In this document: in pieces, positions 1-12,025 of the stretch | How the letters are laid out: every line of letters begins with the position of its first letter | Numbering within the stretch: the first letter of the stretch is position 1 | Assembly (NCBI RefSeq): GCF_006345805.1 | Contig: NC_042999.1 | Coordinates: forward strand, 63,054,001-63,118,000 | Length of the DNA: 64,000 nucleotides | Direction: 5' to 3' | Source: Octopus sinensis | Lineage: Eukaryota | Program-made: the position numbers and the translations under genes | The notes under the pieces: model-generated | Database searches by the model: none | What the model was told of the DNA's origin: nothing | The model's input: only the letters and a program-made list of their open reading frames with translations

Positions 1-120
1 GGCGGAAGACATTTTCGATTGTACAGTGAAAATAGAGAAACTGATTCACAAGAATACACATACAATTCTGAAACAAAAGAAAATGACCAACTTTTTTGAA
101 CCGAAACCAAAATAAATGTA

Positions 121-597
121 CCATAAATCCTCGAGTATAATCCGCATTTTCCTGCCAAAATCCTTAGTGCATACTATATACGAGGTTAAAAATGAAAATT
201 ATTTTCTAAGCAATGTCCGAATCTATTTGCTGTCCGGCAATGTTTATTCAGACGCATTTTGTGATGTTGGGTGTGAAAATACCTTAAGCTAAGCTTGAAA
301 GCAATGAAGTCATAAAAGAATCATCCATAACTTGCAGTAAGCAACATTTATTAAACGTTATTAGTTATTTCTTTATTTTCTGCAAACAAAATGCACAAAA
401 AAACTACAAGTTTGCATTATGTTATATATACAATAATAATAAAGGACATTACCATATACATTTTTACAAACCAAGGACGTTATATAGACCTCTTTGATTC
501 AAGTTAGAGAAGGGGTGCGTATTATATACAAGGTTTAGGTTTTTCAGAGTAACAGCCCCCTAAAAATCCCCTGTGTATTATACTCAAGGATTTACGG
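121..597. mobile_element. Tc2/pogo-like MITE, copy 1
   Basis: TIRs CCATAAATCCTCGAGTATA / TATACTCAAGGATTTACGG, TA on both sides (119-120, 598-599); body colinear with the copy at 25433. Confidence 0.85.
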
Positions 598-995
598 TAT
601 TTGTATGTGAAAATGAACATCTTTGTATGTACCTAATCTCAAATCTGTCGATTTTATAACAGTAGATTAGCAACAGTACAGTAATTCAATGTGTTGATTC
701 TTATTTAGTACTCATGGATCCTGAGATTGTGACATGATACCTTATCCTGATGAATCTCATTGTGTACAGTATACTTCATAGAATGGTGTGCAGTACAAAT
801 GGGTTTCACTTCGTTTTTGGTTATAATGGTTAAGTGGATATGATGGACAAATTTTCCTGAGGTGTCCATTATATCCAAAGTCTACTGTAATGCTTTTCTT
901 GAACCTTCTACAAAGAATTCAAACTAGAAATGTGAAGAACCTCATTGACTCTCAGTGAAACCAAAGTTATGCTTTTATGTTTTTGAAACTACGCC

Positions 996-1205
996 TTAAC
1001 CCTTTCATTACCGTATTTATTTTGAGATGCTCAGTGTTTTTTTTTCAATTACTTTAAATATAACAAAGAATTTAGTAAAATAACCTAGTTATCATTCAGC
1101 TAGTGTTAGGAACATAAATTGTGACTAAAGTTTGGTGGAAGATTTTAATTCAAAACTTATGAAAATAAGACATCTGTACTCAGAGCCAGAGCTGGGTTGG
1201 TAATG
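996..1205. mobile_element. piggyBac-type MITE family 1, right end degraded
   Basis: Starts TTAA|CCCTTT; body shared with 45982-46207 and 47090-47267. Confidence 0.6.
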
Positions 1206-3099
1206 TTTTTAAGGTTTTTCAAATTTTTCACATCTTTGTTGGAAGCAGTGAAAATGAATAGAAATTCATCTTCTCTTTGCAGCAACAATAATGATCTTTA
1301 TCATTTTATCCTAAATTAAGATACTTTGCACTGCTAAAGCAACCAAAGTTTGTAGTGGCAGGAGCCAGTTAGTTGTGCATTGATATTGTTGTTGGGTTAG
1401 ATAGAGTTTATTGAGGCAAACTTTGTTTGGCCAGATGCCTTTCTTGTCACCAACCATTACCGTTTTCCAAGCAAGGTAATATTTCCCTATGTCCAGACAT
1501 ATTTTCACAGAACATTGGAAATAATCGACATTGCTTGTATGTCAGTGACACTCACACATATATGTACATGCACACACACACACACACACGTAGCTGACCT
1601 AGAGCTATAGTAGAAGACACTTGTCCAATGTGCCACACAGTGGTACTGAACCTGGAACCATGTGAATGGGAAGCAAACTTCTTACCACACAGCCACAACT
1701 GCACATATGTTGCAGTTATTTTCATATGCACTAAGTATCTGCATCTATTTTACTACAGTTTTTTTGTATTTCTTGCTGCTGCTGCTCAACAACAACAACA
1801 GCAGCAGCAACAGCAACAAAAAAAAACATCTGTTTTCCATGCTGCATGGGTTGGATTGTTTGTTAAGAGCTGACAAACCAGAAGGCTTCACTGTCTGTTT
1901 TGGCATGGCTTTTATGGCTAGCTGCCCTTCCTAATACCAAGCACCTTACAGAATACTAACCAGTGATTCCGTAATCCTTAGTAACTGAGCCAGCAATCTA
2001 TCAGACATAATCTGTCTCAGTGATCGATGCTTTTAAGAATAATCTAAATTATTTTCTTTGTAAAAGGCTTATCAATTAATACATGGAATGAAACTAGCAT
2101 AGAATTAAAGAAAGCAAAATATCAAAATAGAATGAAATTTGGAAACTAAAAAGTAAAAAACTCAAAAACAAATGAACAAAAAGACAATAGTTTTTGTTTT
2201 ATTCTTTGAAATTCTTATATTATTGTTTTTTTTTCAATATTTTTATTTTCCTGTTCCCTTTAGTTTCAAACATCAAGAGATTCACTCCACAGGATTCTGT
2301 GGGGGCGCTTAGGTATGTGATTATATTTTATTCATAGGCAGCTACACACCACATGTACACATTACATGCAAACAAATTCACAGACCTTTAATGCCAATTT
2401 ACAAGGAGCTTGTTTAGTGAATTACTAATTTGAGAGACAGAAGAAAGTTGCATAGTTTCAATTTGTGGATAGAGGGAGAGCAGTGTTATTTTCACAGAGC
2501 ATTCCTCTCACATGCATACATACAGACAATCACACAGACATGGTGACAAACATTTTTGAAAATATACAAAAGGACTTGACAGACAGAGATTGAGTCCAAT
2601 GGAGCGTGTGGAAAATATAGGGAAAAAGAAAAGGAAAAGTAGTTTAGCAAAAAACACAAGAAAGAGATTTAGTTGATGGGGGAAGAGCTGGAAACAATCA
2701 GCAAGAGGAGGAGAATAAAATGGATAGAGAGAAAGAAACAAGGGGAGGGAAGAAGAAATAGGAGTGGAGAAGTAAAATGGAAGAAAAAAAAAGCTTAAAA
2801 GATGTTGAGAATGAAAGGAAATAGAAGGAGCAGAGAAATTATAAATATCAAACTGACCAGCTATCTAAAAATTATTTTTTAGGATATTTGTAATGTAAGT
2901 TGGTAGAGGGTTTGTTAATGATTTAATTATGCAGCATACTTAAAATGTCAATTAAAACCACCATTTCAACAGGGAGGGGCAATTAATAATTTTTCAATGA
3001 GAAACACCTTTGAGATAAATTGATGGGTGTCAGTCTATTCTCAGAAGTGCTCTTGGTTCGAGCTCTGTCAATGGACAAATCTTACAACAGAGGCAGGAG

Positions 3100-3387
3100 G
3101 AGTCCGTTTATCTATGGCTTGAAATGCTGAGTTTGAATCTTCTAGAGATGACCTATCTCTCTACCCCTTCAAGCAGACTTGTCTTGTGTGAAGATGAAAA
3201 ACTTTAACACAAGGTACAGTTTATCCACCCATCCAGTCATCTCTTGGATGACACATCAGAAACAAATACCACTTTGCACATGTGTCTCTCAAAGATGCCA
3301 AATGACAAAAGATGTCATTTTGAACATGTGCTCCTTTAGATGTCGTCTACAATTGTGTGTTTGTGTGTATGCATGTCTGTGTGTGTG

Positions 3388-3429
<42 letters not shown>

Positions 3430-3853
3430 GACAAAGAAAGAGAGTGAGAAAGAGAAAGGGAATCAGAAGTGACATTTTTTTTTTCACTCAAGTAAACCAC
3501 TCACAAAAACACAAAAATGTTTCCTTCCATAACTTCATTCATATATTCAAGTACTGAATGTATTTCAAGAGCAAAAGAGAGAAACTGAGAAGGAAGGAGA
3601 GAGGGAGACATATATGAGAGAAAGAGAGATCGCTTGCATAGATATATATATATATACAATATTGCTACATTTCTGTAGTTGGTAAATGTATTTGTGTGTG
3701 TGTGTGTCTGTGTGTATATATATATATATACATGCACACATATACATGCACACACACAATTTCACACATAAAAATTGTTCTTTATAATAGTCAACAATGC
3801 ATTTCAGTTCACAAGCAGATGGATGGACGTACAGGCAGCAACTCAACTCGAGA
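3100..3853 (-). other. Probable proximal 3' UTR of VGLL4 with (TA)n, (CA)n and (TC)n tracts; 3' end not determined
   Basis: Directly downstream of the stop codon; the cleavage site cannot be placed from sequence alone. Confidence 0.5.
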
Positions 3854-4122
3854 CTATGTTGAGACAAGAGGTGTCTGCTGCTGCTGCTGCGCTGCTGTCT
3901 GCGTTTGTTGCTGTGATGACGGCTGTGATTGCAGCTGCAAGGGTGAAGACGACCGTGATGAGTTACAGTGGTTCTCCTGCTCAGCTTTGATTCGATGCCA
4001 GGTGTCTCCGAGTGCTTTTGCAAAATGGTCGTCCACTGATTCGATTAATACGTCAGTCTTAGACTTCAAATTCGTCCACGTGCTATTCCCTAGTGATCTT
4101 GCAAAGTGGTCGTCGACAGATG
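3854..4122 (-). CDS. VGLL4: VGLL4/Tgi terminal coding exon, TDU motifs 2 and 3: (A)SVDDHFARSLGNSTWTNLKSKTDVLIESVDDHFAKALGDTWHRIKAEQ...PLVST*
   Basis: Acceptor ttcctttta ctttcacag (ct at 4123-4124); phase 1 fits the upstream exon; SVDDHFAKALGDTW is identical to the human VGLL4 second TDU; TAG stop at 3856-3854. Confidence 0.95.
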
Positions 4123-4236
4123 CTGTGAAAGTAAAAGGAAAGAAAAAAACGTTTAAGAAACATGGTTAATAGCAGAGTTCTTGTGTAATAAAATAAAGTA
4201 TGCTTAATTACTCCCTGACTTTATTTACAGGTGTTA

Positions 4237-5025
4237 CAGTCAACTCTCGCTACTATGCCACCCTGCGGGACTGAGCCAAAGTGGCATAGTACCGAGGGTC
4301 TGTTATCTAAACACTACATAACCAAAAATTTACTGAACATACGAATAAAAATTCATAGGGTAGGAAGTAAGGCCAATAAGAAGTTCAATGCAATGGTGAA
4401 AAGAAGACATCCAAGTTTATTAAGTTCAGATTGCTTTTGTTAATCCCGAAGCTCTCAAAAATTGTCGGCTGACGCATCTTCTTTCGGCGGATTTCATTCA
4501 TTTCGTTGTCTAGCCTATCACACGCCTGCATGACGCTGGCTTTTCCGCTGCTCTGCTGCTGCATAAACTTTCGGATAGTGCTCCATGCTCTCTGGGCATC
4601 TGCAAACGAAACGTATTCCTCTTCCACAATTACCTCGTCGTCTTCACTTTCCACCAGCTCTTCGTTATGCATTACCTCCTTTGCTATTTCTTCTAGAGTG
4701 AAACATGTCGGACAATACAAGGGGCGGTAACTTGTATCAGATATTACTAAAGATACGAGGGGCCCGACAGTAACATTTTTTGCAGCATCGATAATCTCCT
4801 TCTTTTCCTTCAGCGTAAACTCAGTCCGCTTGCGTTTCTGAGCTGACATTGTGTGCTACTTTCTGAACTTTTCCACAAGATTACAAATATGAAATGTACA
4901 AAATGTAGGAGTACAAAATTTCGAAAAGTTGCGTGCGCTTCAGTTTACAAGTGGCATAGTAAAAATTTTTTGTTTATTATTTGGCCGGGACCATGCAAAA
5001 CTGGCATAGTAGCGAGAGTTGACTG
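4237..5025 (-). mobile_element. Internally deleted Tigger/pogo (CENP-B-like) transposon with residual ORF 4849-4385
   Basis: Perfect 24-bp TIR CAGTCAACTCTCGCTACTATGCCA (4237-4260, 5002-5025); TA TSD; ORF begins KRKRTEFTLKEKKEII (psq-type HTH start) and ends with an acidic tract plus RQPTIFESF, typical of Tigger C-termini; no DDE domain. Confidence 0.9.
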
Positions 5026-5972
5026 TATTGCATGTAAATAACACACCTTATGTGGTCAAGCTAAAAAGGAAGAATCTGTATCAGACATGGGCAATTTATT
5101 TTGATGCAGGTCACATGAGACATGACCCCTCATTAAGTGGGCCAGTCGAACTTCTAAAAAAAAAAAAAGAATCAAAAGGAAATTTTTTTTGTCCGGCATG
5201 CCATTCAGAAGATCCCGTGGGCTGTAGGTTGCCCATGACTGATCTATATTGTTGTTTAATTGCTAGAAATAGCAGCAAAATCTCCTACAAGCCATGCCTT
5301 CCCTTCTTGCAAAACAGAAGGGTACACTGAATAATACAAAAGTAGACACTTCTAAAATGACGGAATGATCATGGCCAATGAAGAGCTAAATAAAACAATA
5401 AGAACCTCATATTAGACATTCCCTGAATCTATGAAGAGATTTTCAGAGTATCCTTAAAAGGGCTTCTGTCAAGCCAGTGTGACAGAGTAGGCTCATCAAA
5501 CCAGTATGATCTCAAGCCATTCTCTGGTGGAGAGAATATGCTGAGGCCATTGTCCTGCAGTGGACAGGAACATAGGTAATACACTCCAATCCTTAAAAGG
5601 GAACACGACACCTGTGTTACTTTCAATTGCATTTGGACTCAAATCAAATGCATATATTAAGGAATTAGCTTTGTTCCTGACACTTTAGCTCATGGTAGAC
5701 ACATAGCTAAACCCCTTAAAATTGCTAAGAATGATAGTCCTTACTGTATTTGATTATCTCTCATGCTGAAGCACCATGTTAGCATAGGTCAGACTAAGTT
5801 TACTGAGGTAGATTTTCTATGGTTGGAGGCCCTTCCTGTCACCAACCCACACCTGTTTCCAAGCAGGTAATATTTCCCCATGTCCAGACATGTTTTTGCA
5901 GAACACTGAAAATGAATGACAATCATGTGATGTCAAGACAAGGAGACACAAACACTCACTCTTAGGAAATGT

Positions 5973-6212
5973 GGAGGCATGTGGCTTAGTGATTCGGGCA
6001 TTGGACTCATGATCGTAAAATTGTGGTTTTGATTTCCGGACAGGGAGACGCATTGTGTTCTTGAGCAAAACACTTCATTTCACATCGCTCCAGTCCACTC
6101 AGCTGGCAAAAGTGAGTAATCCTGCGATGGACTGGAGCCCCATCCAGGTGGGGAATATATACACCATGAAACCAGGAAACTGGCCATTGTAAGTCAATAT
6201 GACTTGAGAAGG
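5973..6212 (+). mobile_element. tRNA-head SINE sharing the central core
   Basis: ggaggcatgtggcttagtg head followed by tgtgttcttgagcaaaacac...gtccactcagctgg core. Confidence 0.7.
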
Positions 6213-7878
6213 TGACTTTATCTTTACCATACTCTTAGGAAACAAAATATTTTTGCAACTTCCATCTTTGAGTCAAATTACAATACTCATTTCAGCTTAT
6301 CACTAAGGTTAATCCCTTAATGGTATCCTATGATTTCTTGGAGGTTACATTTAGGAATAGAGTAGTCCTAACAGTATGGTTACAAATTACCTCGTCAACA
6401 GATAATAGTATATCATACCATGTCACTGCCAACCCCTCCGACTAACCCCTTAATTTCCAATGGTTCAGTCCAATTAGGTGCAAACAAGTATTGTACAGCA
6501 TGAACAATCAGTCACTGCAAAATAAATTTACAAGTGCTACATGAGTTGGCAGTACTCTGTTGAAATAGGTGACCAGGAGGAATTTTGGATTTCTATGAAG
6601 AATTGCAACAACTTTTTATCTAAATGAAATAATAGCATAAAAATAGAGTCAGTGAATTTTGAATAAATCTTTAACTACCAGAAATGCTAAAACTTTTAAA
6701 CTTGGAATGATAAAAATAAAAAGAAAAGTCAGTTTCATTTTAAATTCAATGTGAAAGTCTGTTGACTCTCACAAATATTGAATCAGCAAAATTTAGAGAG
6801 CAAGATGTAATTCAACATTGTCGCTTTATTTCAATTAACAATTTTGAAATTTTTCTCCGTGCACTCTTGCTAAAAGATAGAATTTCAGCACATTCTAAAG
6901 AATTTTCATAAGGAAATAAGAGATTAAATTTGGAAAAGGTAATTAATAATAAGAAAACAATTAAAAATAATGCCAAAATAACAATTCTGAAAAACTAAAA
7001 TAAAAGGTCCAAATTTGTGTGGTCAATTAACACTAGCTGTAAAAGATCTACATGCATGTCATATATGTTTGATTCACTTAAGTTACATCTAATTTTGGAA
7101 ATGGTGAGAAACCTTCAAAATGGATATGTAATGCACTTCATGTTTTACTTCTCACTTGCATTTTAGCCCTAAGTCAGCTCTGATTGAGCAGACTTAATAA
7201 TCAATTCCATTTGTTTTTAGGTATAGTATTTCTAAAAAAACATTATCCAATATGTCATCACTATTTTTAAGGCAGTAGGGTGTGATTTAAGGAAGATTAG
7301 GCTGACATTTCTAGCAGATTGAGTGCTCACTCATTGCTTTACTGGCAGTGATAGTGATACTAATGGCTTGTCCCTTCTTAGCTGCTCCAAGTACAAAGAC
7401 TATCACTGAAATAGGGGCTTAGTGGTCATCTGCATGTTAGCCAGAAGAGTTTAAAAGTAACTAGGGCAACAGGGGAAACTTAGTTTCCAATGTCTTCATT
7501 GGAACCATACTAAGATAAATATGAAAGACCTAGAGGTGCATGTTTGGACTTTACATCTATTTTTCTTTGAGGGACAGAATTGATAGAATACATCACATCA
7601 CCATTCATCTTAATCTTTTGGCTATTCAGTTTTGAAGCCCAGTATTCCAAACTCTGAATATACCCCACTTCTTCCAAAGACTTGCTAAGTCATAAGTACC
7701 TTCCACTATCAGTACACACCACCTTATTAACCTGGCTCTTTTTGTTCATTCACATCACACATTTCCTACATGCATCATTTGGTGCAGTTAATACTCAGCT
7801 GCTCTCTCAGCACACAAGCACTGTCTTTCAATTCAAATTAACTTTACACTTCCATCAGTTGAGTACGACCAGCTAGAT

Positions 7879-8486
7879 CAGTGGATCTCAACAAGGGTCC
7901 ACATTATTTCTTGGGGGTTCATATAAAATTTTGCTATTAAAATTCATCTGCAATAAAATGATTATACACAAAAATTTATAGTAATTTTTAATACAATTCC
8001 TAATAATATTTAAACAATTGCAGCATGGAAGGTGTTTATAAGCCATTTAAGAAACACACAAAAACCGTTGGATTCACTTCATCAGTTAAATTTAATTTGC
8101 CAAAATATTTTCGTTGCTTTGAGACTGCGACTTGTTCACTGACAAAATTCCGTGCTGCATGACGTAATTTTGTCAGTGAACAGGTCGCGGTCTCAAAGCG
8201 ACGAAAATATTTTGGCAAATTAAATTTAACTGTTGAAGTGAATCCAACGGTTTTTGTGTGTTTCTTAAATGGCTTATAAACACCTTCCACGCTGCAATTG
8301 TTTTCGTTCCAGCACACGATCTCAGATCAGGTCACTTGCTATGCATGTACATCTCCGTAATAATAATATTTAATTATAAAAAAAATATGATGGGACTTTT
8401 TAAAAATGAAATGGCTTGGAGGGGGTGTAATAGAATAAAATGGGAATCAAAGGGGTCCATAGGCAAAGAGTGGTTGAGATCCAGTG
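7879..8486. mobile_element. hAT (Charlie-like) MITE containing a long palindrome
   Basis: 14-bp TIR CAGTGGATCTCAAC / GTTGAGATCCAGTG (1 mismatch); perfect 8-bp TSD AGCTAGAT at 7871-7878 and 8487-8494. Confidence 0.88.
8012..8303. repeat. Fold-back palindrome, arms about 138 bp, 16-nt spacer
   Basis: 8012-8149 is the near-perfect reverse complement of 8166-8303. Confidence 0.92.
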
Positions 8487-8653
8487 AGCTAGATCATACT
8501 CATTTCCTTTCAGCAAACAGTCGGACCATTTGCCTTTAATGCCTATATAACACAATAATGCAGTAAGAATACTGAAAGAAAAACAAAGTATTCTTTTGAT
8601 ATCTCAGCCAAAACATGAAAAAAAAAAAGATTGAAATTCTAATTGAAACTTAC

Positions 8654-8728
8654 GGCTGTTTTCTTGTGTTGTCAATAGGACAAGCCGCTCACTACAGGTT
8701 CCAACAGGTTCGTTATCACTGCTGTTCA
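8654..8728 (-). other. Candidate 75-nt in-frame cassette exon of VGLL4 (unconfirmed)
   Basis: tgactttgtttcag acceptor, GCC|GTAAGT donor, phase 1-1, no stop: (V)NSSDNEPVGTCSERLVLLTTQENS(P). No homology evidence. Confidence 0.25.
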
Positions 8729-9269
8729 CTGAAACAAAGTCATGCAACAATATTATATAGATATCAGAAAGCACCAATGGCAGTGGAGAGTTTGTGAATA
8801 CATGAGGAAGTAAGAGCAAAACTACTAATTGTACATCGTTGAAAAACAGTAATACATAAGCATATTGGTTGTGATGCTAACTTGACAAACTGCAGACAAT
8901 ATGGTCAGGAGTTCAAATCTTACTATCAGAGCCACTGGGGGAGACACATAAACACAAAAATCTTGATGTTAGAGTTTGTGGAATAAATATACATCAGGTT
9001 CCACTCCTACTTCATGGTTGAGTTGTCAGAAGGATAGCTAACCATTAAAAAAATGCTCCAACACAAAACATTATGCTAAAGTTGTCACAGCAAGCAGGGC
9101 TGTGTAGTTATGAAGTTCACTTTGCAACCGTGTGCTTTCAGGTCCAGTTCCACTGCGTGCCACTTTAGCCAAGTATCTTCTACAATAGCCCCAGATTGCC
9201 CAATACCTTGAGAGTGAATTTGGTAGGCAGAAGCTGTGTGTGTGTGTGTATACATATACACATGTGCCA

Positions 9270-9705
9270 GTGGAACATTAAAAGCACATCCGAGTGTGAT
9301 TGTTGCCAGGGCCACGGATTGGCTCCCGTGCAGGTGGCACATGAAAAGCACCATTCGAGCGTGATCGTTGCAAGAGTTGCCTTACTGCTGGTGGCACGTG
9401 AAAAACGACATTCAAGCATGGTCATTGCCAGTGCCACCAGACCGGCTCCCGTGCAGGTAGCATGTAAAAAAACACCTTTTGAGCATGGTTGTTGTCAGTA
9501 TCACCTGACTGACCCTCATGTTGGTGGCATGTAAAAGCACCTACTACACTTCGGAGTGGTTGGTGTTAAGAAGGGCATACAGCTGTAGAAACTTTGTCAG
9601 ATCAGATGAGCCTGGTGCAGCCTCTGGCTCACCAGTCCTCAGTCAAACCATCCAACCCATGCCAGCATGGAAAGCGGATATTAAATGATGAGGATGATGA
9701 TGATA
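9270..9705 (+). mobile_element. RTE-tail repeat family B with internal tandem subunits and a (GAT)n tail
   Basis: gcacccactacact..ggagtggttgg..ttaggaagggcatccagctgtagaaac family motif. Confidence 0.8.
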
Positions 9706-10017
9706 ATGACATGCATGTAATGTGTCTTTGTTTCCTGCCACTGCTTGACAACCAGTGTTGCTTTATTTACATCCCTGTAACTTAGCAGTTCAAATGGGGC
9801 CAAGAGAATAAGTACCAAGCTTAAAAATAAGTTCTGGGATTGATTTGTACAACTAAACCCATCAAGGTGGTGCCCCGGCTTCAGTCAACTGATTGAAACA
9901 AATATACGACTGAAGCTGGACAAATGGATGCGTGATGGAGAAGTGGAAGGACAGGGATGAGGAGGGGAGTAACCAATGAAATATTTATGATACAATAAAC
10001 CAAGATGCAGCACAAAG

Positions 10018-10146
10018 TTTTGTCAGTGAACAGGTCGCGGTCTCAAAGAGACGAAAATATTTTGACAAATTAGATTTAAATGTTGAACGGAATCTAACGG
10101 TTTTTGTGCGTTTCTTAAATGGCTTATAAACACCTTCCACGCTGCA
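10018..10146. repeat. Single arm of the 8012-8303 palindrome family
   Basis: ttttgtcagtgaacaggtcgcggtctcaaag...aacaccttccacgctgca matches 8167-8296. Confidence 0.85.
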
Positions 10147-10638
10147 AACTTTTGAATACATTAGTATAAATATGTTTAATGCAGTGAGTATTAAAATATT
10201 ATAACCTCTTCAGTGAAAGAATGACTTTATTATACTTAAATAACGATGAGAGAATCACAAAGTAAATAAACTATTGAGGTTAATTACTCGGAGATGGTAT
10301 ACAGAGAAGTCTGAGTAGTTAAGAAGCTCACTTTGCAAATGTGAGGTTCTGGGTTCCATCTCACTGCATGGCAGCTTGGGCACATGTCTTACCCATAGCC
10401 TCAGGTATTTGTAAGTAGAATCAAGTACACAGAAACTGTAAGGAAGCTTGTTAGATGGAATATACCTATAATACAAAGGGCCAGCCTTGTTATACTGTGC
10501 TGCTGAAAATTACATTAACGGGACATATGTCTGTGGAATACCCAGCCACTTGGCATGCAAATTCAATGGGCAAGTTTATGAAGTTGATCAAACAACTGTA
10601 TGTTTATATGTCGAAATAACTAAGAACGTCCATTATAT

Positions 10639-10644
<6 letters not shown>

Positions 10645-10674
<30 letters not shown>

Positions 10675-11087
10675 GCATATACATACATACATATATATAT
10701 GCATATGCATACATACATATATATATGCATATGCATACATACATATATATATATATATATATGCATATGCATACATACATATATATATATGCATACATAC
10801 ATATATATATATGCATACATACATATATATATATACATATGCATACATACATATATATATATACATATGCATACATATATATATATATACATATGCATAC
10901 ATACATATATATATATACATATGCATACATATATATATATATACATATGCATACATACATATATATATATACATATGCATACATACATATATATATATAC
11001 ATATGCATACATACATATATATATATCCATATACATACATACATATATATATATATCCGTATACATACATACATATATATATATATT
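10645..11087. repeat. Compound TA/CATA minisatellite (unit about CATATGCATACATACATATATATATATA)
   Basis: Visible tandem repetition; source of the overlapping YI/MH-rich ORFs. Confidence 0.95.
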
Positions 11088-11312
11088 TCTTGTTATGCTA
11101 AGAAGCACTGCATATATGACAATTTTCAACTCAAGTCAAATATAACAAACTACTCCAAATCCTTGTTAGAGTATCTGCATACATGGAGTCTGGACCGGCT
11201 AGTTTGTATTACTATCAAGTCACATAAGTTACAATAATGAAGCCAAACCAAATAATAATACTTTGAAATCATTTAAAAATCTAAGTTTCAAGTATATATA
11301 TATATATATATC

Positions 11313-11367
11313 TTTTCATTTAGAGATAGTAGGTGAGATGAAGGAGCCTACTATCTCTAAATGAAAA
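11313..11367. repeat. Perfect 21-bp stem, 13-nt loop hairpin
   Basis: TTTTCATTTAGAGATAGTAGG / CCTACTATCTCTAAATGAAAA. Confidence 0.9.
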
Positions 11368-11491
11368 TATATATTTCTTAATTGAGAATAATTTGAACCC
11401 CTGTTATGCCGGAATTTTTATTCCCTAACAAATAAAATTAAATAAAATATCATCATCGTTTAATGTCCGCTTTCCATATATATATACACAG

Positions 11492-11528
<37 letters not shown>

Positions 11529-11931
11529 ATTAAGATTCAGTTGAATTCGGTACTTAAATTGAGGCACCTTGTTAGGTCAGTATAATCTGCACACCCAAAC
11601 AATATTAATTGAATATTGAATATCAGAACTCTGTGCAGGAGTGTTTGCACCTGATATTCCTGTCGTGTATGCAGACAACACAACCTAGCTGAATGAAGAT
11701 ATCCGCTCTTGGCAGATCAGACATGTACTTTATATAAAGGTATTTTCTGTAGTATTTCTGAAGTGAAAATTCCAAGGTAGGTGAAAAAAATATAAATAAA
11801 TGTGTAATGAAGATGTACAGGTGTCAATTCATTAAGGCCTTTTCAAGCGACCCCTTTAATTGATTAATGGAAACATTACATCATTTGAAGGAAACTGTTC
11901 TTGTCAGATGACCACATAGACTTCTGTTGTC

Positions 11932-12025
11932 ATATCTCTGGCAGAATGAGTATATAATAATAATGTTTTTATAGTAGATTTGACAAGGTATGCATTACTT
12001 TCTAAACTCATTCTGCCAGAGATAT
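11932..12025. repeat. Perfect 20-bp inverted repeat, 54-nt spacer
   Basis: ATATCTCTGGCAGAATGAGT / ACTCATTCTGCCAGAGATAT. Confidence 0.9.

Noticed and set aside
3565-4169. ORFs 3565..4023 (-), 3696..4169 (+) and 3775..3990 (+)
   Set aside because: Alternative-frame or antisense shadows of the VGLL4 last exon plus microsatellites.
10487-11237. Seven overlapping ORFs of 145-204 aa rich in Y/I/H/M/C
   Set aside because: They are translations of the TA/CATA minisatellite, which has no stops in several frames.
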